A DNA stretch of 64,000 bases. Origin: Rhynchopus sp. YZ270_cl-10. Taxonomy: Eukaryota. The stretch lies in assembly GCA_964035575.1 (NCBI GenBank), contig OZ037845.1, forward strand, positions 62,001 through 126,000, written 5' to 3'. The translations under genes were made by a program, and so were the position numbers. The notes beneath the pieces are model-generated. The model made no database searches. It was not told the origin of the DNA and saw only the letters and a program-made list of their open reading frames with translations. Positions within the stretch are counted from its first letter, which is position 1, and each line of letters starts with the position of its first letter. Shown piece after piece: positions 21,605-30,400 of this stretch.

Positions 21605-22789
21605 ATGCCGAGAGTACCTAAGAAGAAGGCACCCAAGGCTCCGGCGAAGAACGGGCCGTCGACGCCTCTCCCTCAGTCCCCACCTGCGACCTCGCCCACC
21701 GATCAAGTGCCAGTTCCCGTCCTTCTCGCGACGCCACCCACCTCCAACCCTTCTTCCCAGACGAGCACCCCTGCGGGGAAAAAGTCGAGTGGTGATACTG
21801 GTACCCCCCTGCAGCGTGCTTTTTGTGAAATTTTTTTAATTCACCACGAGAAGAACACCCTCACCCTCCCCAAGCTCGCTGTTCTGTTCAACCGTTTGTT
21901 CGACAAAGTGTGCCAAGGGCCGCAGATGTCGAAGGCGGTGGCAGCGCGGTTCACGGACTGGCAGGGTCACCTCCAGCAACGTGAGGTGAACCAGCTCAGC
22001 GAGGCCAACAAGCAACTCCCGCGCGCTATTCGTGTGGGGGCAACGACATTCGTTAATGTCGGCTTGCGGGACACCCTTGCGTCGCTCGCCACTGGCCAGC
22101 ACACCAACGCTTTGCAAATCGTGCGCAGCGCTGCCGAAACGGCAGGAAAGTCCGAGGAGCTGCAGGGCCGGATGACGGTCTTGTATGACAAGACACACGG
22201 CGCATCGGCACCCAACACTGAACAGCCTGCATCTTGCAAACGGCCCCTCATCCCGTATCCTCCTCAGAGCGTTTGCGGGGCGAACATGAGGGACGGACAC
22301 CAGGTCTTTTCCGTTTTCTATCTAGTGGGGCCCAATGTCACTATTCAGGAGTGTTCGCTCTCCGGGTCAGAGGTGACACTCTCCATTCTGAGAAACTGCA
22401 AGTTCCAGGGGGAGCTGCAGAACGGAAAGTACCGTTTCTCTTACTGTGTCCCCCCTGACCACGCCATCGACCACACTCGTCTGCCCGAAGCGGCGCTTGA
22501 CGGAGCGATGCTCCTCGTGCATGTTCCCTTGATTTCCCTGGCCGCCCCCAAGCAGGCCATCCTCAGCACTACCGCGTTCGACTACAACGTGGTACTTCCC
22601 CCCGAAGCCGCCCCAACCGTGGCACCGGTGGTTCTGCATACGCCAGAGGGAGAGGGAGAGGGCGAACAGGACCCGGCCAATCAAGCGGATGAATCCGATG
22701 AAGAGGGTGAGGGTGCAGTACATGGTCAACTAGATGATCTTGGGTTCATGTCGATGTCAAGCTTTTCTGTGCAGGTTCAGAAACCCTAG
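21605..22789 (+). CDS. Transposon accessory protein (394 aa): basic/Pro-rich N-terminus, helical domain, putative alpha-crystallin/HSP20-like domain, acidic tail
   Basis: GKYRFSYCVPPDHAID..LPEAALDGAMLLVHVP resembles the ACD C-terminal pattern F.R.F.LP..VD....A.L..GVL.I.VP. Confidence 0.7.
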   Translation: MPRVPKKKAPKAPAKNGPSTPLPQSPPATSPTDQVPVPVLLATPPTSNPSSQTSTPAGKKSSGDTGTPLQRAFCEIFLIHHEKNTLTLPKLAVLFNRLFDKVCQGPQMSKAVAARFTDWQGHLQQREVNQLSEANKQLPRAIRVGATTFVNVGLRDTLASLATGQHTNALQIVRSAAETAGKSEELQGRMTVLYDKTHGASAPNTEQPASCKRPLIPYPPQSVCGANMRDGHQVFSVFYLVGPNVTIQECSLSGSEVTLSILRNCKFQGELQNGKYRFSYCVPPDHAIDHTRLPEAALDGAMLLVHVPLISLAAPKQAILSTTAFDYNVVLPPEAAPTVAPVVLHTPEGEGEGEQDPANQADESDEEGEGAVHGQLDDLGFMSMSSFSVQVQKP

Positions 22790-23058
22790 CCCGTGTCTAA
22801 GTTCTGCATCATTTCTATGGTGTTAAAATTCCCTGTTCAAGTCCCCTTTCTTAATTAATATGTCCTTTTTCTGTCACTTTGACAAGAGAAAAACGCTTTT
22901 TTGTCTTACCTTTACACACCGCAAAGTAAAAGAAGTCTTCCCAACTCCCTCGAGCTTTGATTATATTCCAAACTCCACTCACTCTCCTCTAACTCCCACA
23001 ACTGTTTGCAACACACACAGACCTGTGACACACGTTTTCATTTTTTTTTTTTTTTTAA

Positions 23059-24655
23059 ATGAAATGCAAGAGGGCAGACCCCGAGAGGCAGCGTGAGAAG
23101 CAGAGGGCCCGCACCCTTGGAGACGCGCTGCTCCGTGCGCGCTTACGCCACGGCCTCAGTCGCCACTGCATGGCAAAGCTTGCCCGCGCGATGCACGAGG
23201 CAAACCGCGCAAAGGGCCTCGCTCCTGTGCAGTTCGGTTTGTCTCGCAGCACGATCGCGAAGAGGGAGAGGCTCCTCCAGGCTCAGGCATGGAGGCTGCA
23301 GCAGAACGTGATGCAGGTCACGGCGTTTCTTCTTCGTCGCGTCCCTCGTGTCGCGTTCACCCCTCCGAGCAAGCTCGAGAAGTGGCCCATCACCTCCCTC
23401 CTCAGCATGGACGGCTACACCCCGCGGAACTCCTTGCGTACGAGAAATGCGCGCTTTCGGATGGCTGTGTGCCTACAAGCCGGAGCCTACGGCACCAGCC
23501 CCCTCACCATCATCGATGTCCCGAAGTCGGCGTTCAAGGGCATTGACCTGGGCACGCTTCTCGCTGCATCGCAGCAGACGGTGTACCGTCTGGAGCAAGA
23601 CGGGGGTATTGTGTTCCGGATCCCTATTAATAGGGTCGGTGGGGATCACGCGGAGCTCTGGGTGTTGTTCAAGGGGATGGGAGGAAGGGGTCACAGGAGT
23701 GCATTTTGCTGTACCCGCAGCGAGGATTGGCTCTCCACTTTGCACTCGTGCAAGCGCTGTTCGATTCAAGAGCTCAGCGCACACTTCCATTGCCCCCTCG
23801 CAGCCCACCTCCACACTCCTGCGTACACGGTGACCCCCCCCCCTCCACGACATCAAGGGCATCATCACCATGCTCCTTCATGTCCACTCGGGAGGACCAT
23901 CCGCCATAAAGGATGTCCTCGGGGTGGATTCGTTACAGAACGTGACCACCTCTCTGTGCCGAACAATGTTGGCGCAGCTGCTTGAGGCAGAAGCACCCAC
24001 CGACCCAGAGAGACTTGCTTGCGTGGCAGTTGAGTGCCTGGTCGCCTTTCGGTACCAGGATATCCCCATTCGATACCACGTATCCGGCACCAACGGTCAT
24101 GAGTTCGTGGCCAGTCTCCTTGCGTACCACGTCCTCATATTCGTGTTTGAGTGGTGGTTGCCTGGGTCGACCTGGCACAAAGGTGGTACGTACTTTCATA
24201 GTGCGAATCACTGGTTCGACGTGGAGGATTGCCAACTTTTTAGTCAATCCGATGAAGCGTTCGAGAGGGAGAACGGAGAGCGGAAGCGTCGTGCGTGCGT
24301 GGTCGGTCCCGCCACTTACGAGCGCGACCAGCTCATGTTTGAGATTGCGAACCTGCCCAATAGAGGATTGAGTGTGCTGCCTATGGAGCGTGAGTGCATT
24401 GCGTGGGGATACGACTCTTTCGCTCCTTTCTGCCGTTCGTGTGTCTGCAAGGGTGATTGGGGGAAGCGGCTGACGGCACTGCGTTCCAGACTGGTTTCCT
24501 TCGGCTTCTCACACTCGAGCGCGAGAGATGACGACTTTTGTTATCTTGGCTCTGATCTCCGGCAACGCAGAAACAAGTCCATGCGCGTTTGTGTTTGTGA
24601 CGCGACCAAGGTGAAGTTTGACGCCAAGGTTAAGAAGGCGTTTAATTTGAAATAA
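23059..24655 (+). CDS. RAG1/Transib-like DDE transposase (~531 aa after removing one C from the C10 run at 23834-23843)
   Basis: LLSMDGY (D1), VGGDHAEL..GMGGRGHRSAFCC (D2 and Zn ligands), PPLHDIKG, TYFHSANHW, SDEAFERENGERKR (E); compare RAG1 SCDG, GYDEK, ALHCDIG, NYFHKTLAHV, ASEGNESGNK. Confidence 0.85.
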
Positions 24656-26130
24656 AAGAGATAAATACTTGTGTGCCTCGTATGCGAGGAGAGGTCTCTT
24701 CCGAGCCCATTGTCGCACCCTTTGACCCCGTTACACCAGATTACACCCCATTACACCTGAATTTCCTCGTGGCCAGTACACCCATTATCGAGTCATGGTT
24801 TCAGTTCCCGTAATTTTGCTCTTTTTTTAAATTTTTTCAATTAAAAAATGTCGTCACGAAGATAAAATTTTTTGTACCTTCTGTGCCTGCGTCCCTGAGG
24901 CGTTTGCACTATCAACTTCACCTTTTTTTTTTTTTTGTAAATCAAGCTACTTGACAATGGACATAGAAACGACGGAGGGTGCGTGCCCGCCAGCTTCACT
25001 CATTGTTCTTTCTTCATAGTTCAGCAACAAAAGAATGGGGTAATATTTCTTGTTTTTTTCTGTTCCTTTTTCCACCACACCTCCAAAAACACCCTCACAG
25101 GATGACAGTATACAAAAACATGATAAACGATGAAAACCCGCAACTCTACGCCACAGGTTCTTTCTTCCTCTGGGAAACTCTTTGTCAGTCACTGCTATAG
25201 CCATTTAACCCAGGGAGCATAGCTAGTGCAAGAAATTCGACTTCGGGATCCGGAAAGTCTGTCCTCTGCTCTTGCGGAGGACTAGGCACAAGAAAATATT
25301 GCGTTCCCCCAGGAAACTAATTTTTGTCACAGTAATTTTTGCCCAGGGCATGCTCTTGAAGCATGGCGGCTTGGTGTGAGAAGGGGCAGTGTGTTGTTTT
25401 GTTCTAGATTTCAACGGTTGTTAGAACGAGTCAAGTGGATGCTTATCTAAACACTGACTTTAGTACAGACCCGAGAGATCACACATGACTTTGAGGAAAG
25501 AACAAAGCAATGCATCTGTACCCGCACGCCAGGTTGTAGTTACTTCAGAATTTTCTTAAGTTTGCGCGAAAGAGAGCGGGGGCAACTCCTTTGTATCATA
25601 AGCCCGCTGTGCAGAACAAAGCGAGGAACCTTAAAACACTACCTGCGTGGTGGCTGAATTCACATCCCTTAGAATTACCAGAATTCAGCCTTTGTTGAAG
25701 TAACGTACATACTTGTATGTGCGTGTCACGCTTCTCCATCCTTAAATGGGTGCACTGCTTCACTGCAGCGGGTAAGCCTCTCTCGACTAGTGCAAACTTA
25801 AGAATTTTCTGCTGTAACTTACCAAAATCGATTTTCTTTCACCCCAAACACCCGCAACACCCCACCTGCTACTTCGGTAGCCTGTGTTGTTGGGAGTTGG
25901 TTCTCATGTTGATCCCCAGTGTTTTGCACTGCTTCTTCTGAGCCCAACGCTGTTTGGCCTGTCGACGTAATAAATACGAAGACAGGGCGGCGGTGCCAAC
26001 AATTTTCCGATGATGTAACGTTTTATCTGATTGATTTATCGTTTGATATACCTTGTGTGTGCTACTTCATGCACACCCAAGCAAGGTATATTGAACGGTA
26101 CTTTCAAGCGATACTTCGTTATGTCATTGG

Positions 26131-26438
26131 GGGTACCTGGGTACCTGGGTACCTGGGTACCTGGGTACCTGGGTACCTGGGTACCTGGGTACCTGGGTAC
26201 CTGGGTACCTGGGTACCTGGGTACCTGGGTACCTGGGTACCTGGGTACCTGGGTACCTGGGTACCTGGGTACCTGGGTACCTGGGTACCTGGGTACCTGG
26301 GTACCTGGGTACCTGGGTACCTGGGTACCTGGGTACCTGGGTACCTGGGTACCTGGGTACCTGGGTACCTGGGTACCTGGGTACCTGGGTACCTGGGTAC
26401 CTGGGTACCTGGGTACCTGGGTACCTGGGTACCTGGGT
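26131..26438 (+). repeat. (GGGTACCT)38 8-bp array
   Basis: Read directly; abuts the right subterminal repeats. Confidence 0.98.
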
Positions 26439-26443
26439 GCCCA

Positions 26444-26577
26444 CGTCATGACGACGTCATGACGAGGTAATTACGAGGGGGTGCCCTCGTAATTACCTCG
26501 TCATGACGAGGGCACCCCCTCGTAATTACGAGGGGGTGCCCTCGTCAAGGCACTCGTAATTACCTCGTCATGACGCG
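26444..26577. repeat. Right subterminal palindromic repeats of the DNA transposon
   Basis: CGTCATGACG and CTCGTAATTACGAG motifs matching the left end. Confidence 0.9.
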
Positions 26578-27121
26578 CGTAATGTCATTACGAGTCCATG
26601 GTGTACGAGTTCCATGGGGGGTCGCTACTGGCGTTAATCATCCAAACAAAAAAGACTACAAGAGACAAAACAAAAGTAACAAGAAAGGAACTTCGTATTG
26701 TAAAAAGAAAGCCCCATCCCGCCCCTTCCTCCCCTCCAGAACCAGCTGGGCACCAATACTGGAAATACAGCAAAACCACACAGACTGGACAGTCTATATT
26801 CTCCCCTGCCTCTCCCGTGTTAATGTTCACCCCTCCTTTATCCCAAATTGTCATAGAGCTAAATATAGTTGTATGCCTCGCTTCGCTCGGCAAACAACGA
26901 TACATAATAGGGCGACATGCTGATGACAAATATCTCCCTCGTTTAATTCACTTTTGTGCCTCGTTCTAACTAAACCGGCACATGTACTGATTGTAAGACT
27001 TTTGGCCCTCACTTCGCTCGGACCAAGCGCCTTTCATGTGCATTATAAACGTACCCCCCTTGCCCTGTCCAGTTTGATGTGGAACAAAAAAAGTCGAGCC
27101 TAGGGCTAAGTTGAACAACAC

Positions 27122-27170
<49 letters not shown>

Positions 27171-27343
27171 GGGGCACACACGTTTTGCTACACACTACCC
27201 CATCTTGTCCTTTGCTTCTCCCCTTATCCCCTTTCCCCCACTTGTTTTCCCCCTTGTGTGGGTCCTACCTGTCGCCTCCTAGTGGCGTGTCCTGGGCAGA
27301 GAGAAGGCCGTTGAGTAGTTCCTCTCTGGCGAAGTGCAGGTAG
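27171..27343 (+). ncRNA. HDV-like self-cleaving ribozyme at the element 5' end
   Basis: P1 GGGGCAC 27171-77/GUGUCCU 27287-93 with G1-U wobble; P2 CUACCUGU 27265-72/GCAGGUAG 27336-43; P3 GCC/GGC with L3 UCCUAGU; P1.1 GG 27294-95; P4 AGAGAG/CUCUCU; J4/2 GGCGAA with catalytic C27330. Confidence 0.9.
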
Positions 27344-27403
27344 AGACGTGTATTTTGTCTTCCTTGTCCTTTTGTTTTTTACTGTTTTGACTTTTTTGTT
27401 TTC

Positions 27404-30400
27404 TTGGTGGTGAAGATGTGCAGGTGGAGTGCCCAGCTTTGGGCTATGGTGCTCCTGTGTGGAGCCATGGATGATGGCGGGGGTGACAGCCGAAGCTGGT
27501 GCAGCAACATGAGCAACATGCGCAGCAGCAGCAGCATGAGCAGGAGCAGCATGAGCAGCAGCATGAGCAGCAGCAGCATGTGCAGCAGCAGCATGAGCAG
27601 CAGCAGCATGAGCAGCAGCATCGTGAGCAGGAGCACTGCCATCAACATCAGTACCTCCCACGGTTGCGGCAGGCACGTATCGCGAGTGGGCTCCTCAACA
27701 CCAACTCAGCACTCTCAGGTACCACGTTCTCGCTGCAGCAACATGAGCAGCCATGACTGGAGTGATGGCCTCTATGGCAGCGTCTACTGCAACAATAGCG
27801 GCTCCAACAACCACACCAGCAACATCTACACCTGCAGCAATGGCCGCAAGGGCTTCATGTGCAGCGGCTACAGAAGCTGCAGGTGCACCCCCATTCCCCC
27901 CCATTATTACCCCAAAAAGAGGCCTGTGCCCAACAACCCAAGCGGCTGCAGCTTTGATAGCAGCAACAACAACAACAACTACAACAACGGTGGCAGACAC
28001 TGGATGCGTGGGCGGACACTAGATGTGCGGGCGGACAGCATCAGCAGCAACAACAGCAACTACAACAACAGTGGCAGACAGTGGATGCGCGGGCGGACAC
28101 TAGATGTGCGGGCGGGCAGCATCAGCAGCAACAACAACAACAACTACAACAACAGTGGCAGACAGTGGATGCGCGGGTGGACACTAGATGTGCGGGCGGA
28201 CAGCATCAGCAGCAACAACAGCAACTACAACAACGGTGGCAGACAGCGGATGCGCGGGCGGACACAGGATGTGCGGGCGGACAGTATCAGCAGCAACAAC
28301 AGCAACTACAACAACAACCGTAACACCAGCAACAACAACAGCATCAGCAGCACCTGCAGCAGCACCGACAGCAACAGCAACAGCAGCAGCAGCAACTGCA
28401 GCAACAACACTGTAGGTGGGGGTGAGCGAGGTATGCTGGTGTTCGGGGCCAGCCTTGCGGGGCGAGAAGGACAGAGTTACTGTGTGACGTTACGGGTGTG
28501 GGGGACCTTTATCACCCCCAATGTTCACATGGGGCGTGCAGAACATGGGCTTGGGTTTGACTGGTGGAGCATCCTTTGGGAACGCCTTTCTTCTCTGCGC
28601 CGACCAGACCCCCGCTGGGTAGCCGAGGCACCTGAGTGGGGTGTGTTTGTGTCTTTCGCGGTCCTGGACATGTGGAAGGACAGACGCGCCCCTACCCTCA
28701 GTCACCTCATATTGTGGCTGGTGGGTAGGAGGGGGACCAGGAGGACGCGCCGAGGTCACAGGTCCTTGAACTGGACCAAGGCACAGGCGAGCAGGTTCCG
28801 TCGGCGCAAGGCGCCATGCAAGCGTCCGCCCTCTCAACTTTTCCGCAGGATAAGGGCAGCCGTTGTGAGAGTGGCTTTGCAGTGGGTGGCCATCTGGGCT
28901 CTGGTTTGCGTGGGGTATGAGCTTGGGAGATCGGCGCCACGGGCTTTGGGTTGTGCACTGATCCGGGACGCAGAGCTGCTGAGTGTGCTGCTGAGGAAGG
29001 GGCTCCTACAGGGCCGATACAGAGCACGTAGCGGGAGGCTGTGGTTGCGAGTACTTGCCAGCAGGGTGTGGGTTTTCATGCAGAGGTTGAGGCGACCGGC
29101 GGGGACAGGGGACGGGTGGGAGCTGTCACCTCAGAGCATAAGCCTGGGGCCCGGGGCGCTGGCAGGTGGAGCAGACGGGGACATCAACCCGGAGGAGGCG
29201 GCAAACCTTGACGCATTCCTCGAGGTGCATGGGGGGAAGAGGGTGCCGAACGCAGCCAACGGCGAGTGCATGTACGTGGCCTTACTGGGTAAGAAGAACG
29301 CGCTGTACTTGGATGTCAGCAAAGCACGCACTGAGCTGGCTGACAGAGCGCGGGTCACGAAGGTGAAGACCGGTCTCAGACGCTACTTCGAGACCGAGGC
29401 ACAGCTGTCAAGCTTCATTGACGGCCTCACCAACCCTGAGGTGTGGGGCAACCACCTCACCCTACACCTGGCAGCAAATGCATGGTCCACCACGATAGCG
29501 GTAGTGCAGCCTGGGCCGAATCCAGTGGTGACGATCAACCCCGCAGCCTCATCGAAAGACTTGCGGACGCAGAAAGACCGCCGCGTCAGGGTAGTTTCAC
29601 TCCTCAATAATCACTATGAGGAAGTGCAAATGGACCCAAAGAACGCCCTGGCAATGGTCCAGTCGGCCCCCTTCGCAGAGCTTGACCCGAAAGGCCTAAC
29701 AGCAACACCCATCCCTGCCATGACGAAGGAGTCGCCTTCTCCTCTGGGGGCTGATGCACCGAGGCTCTTCTGCCCTGTTCCGTGTTGCAACGGAAGCAGT
29801 CTACACCGTCCCCAGCCCTTCTCTGTTCCCGGCCTGCGCACACACATCGGTGCACACCTGTCTTCCGGCGACCACATCCCCCACGACACCCTCAACAAGT
29901 TGGGGTTAGGACAGTGTGAAGCGTGTGGGGGGATACGGTCGGCATCGAAGGAGACATGTCTTCAGTGTGCGAAACTGGTAAAGGCGATCGCAAAGCCCAC
30001 ACCCAGGGAACGCACCGCAGTGGAAAAGGCAGACGACGTTGACTTGCCGGAGTGGTGGGAGATAGCTCAAATCCCCATCAGGACAACAGATGCGATCCCC
30101 ACGAGCATCGACCGTCCAGCCGCTGTGGAGTTCACCCAGGCACTTGAGGATGTGGCCGCAGTTGGCGATGAGGCAAGCTGGAAACGTTTGTGCATGTTCG
30201 CGAAGCTGGTCCTACCGGCGAAGCGAGGTGGGAAGCACCTCAAGACGAAGGTGGCAGTCTTGCGGCAGAAGGATGTGGATGAGTGGAGAGAAGGTGAGAT
30301 CGCAGCAATGTGGCGAGCAGCTGCGAATCGCACAGGCGGTACGAAGAAGGAGAAGGAGCGGAAGGAACCAACGTGGGAAGAAAGGGAGAAGGCGATGGTC

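Larger units (their letters stand above)
20425..26603 (+). mobile_element. RAG1/Transib-like cut-and-paste DNA transposon, 26-bp TIRs, TA TSD
   Basis: TIR CACCATGGACTCGTAATGACATTACG (20425-20450) with exact inverse at 26578-26603; TA at 20423-24 and 26604-05; empty site CCCC-TA-CGAG in copy 2 at 34727-34736. Confidence 0.93.
14857..27169 (+). mobile_element. CRE-clade non-LTR retrotransposon family A, copy 1 (5'-truncated, two deletions, interrupted by DNA transposon)
   Basis: Nearly identical to copy 2 from 28352 onward; 11-bp deletion at ~16184 and 802-bp deletion at 19980; 3' UTR split at 20424/26604; poly(A) 27123-27169. Confidence 0.93.
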
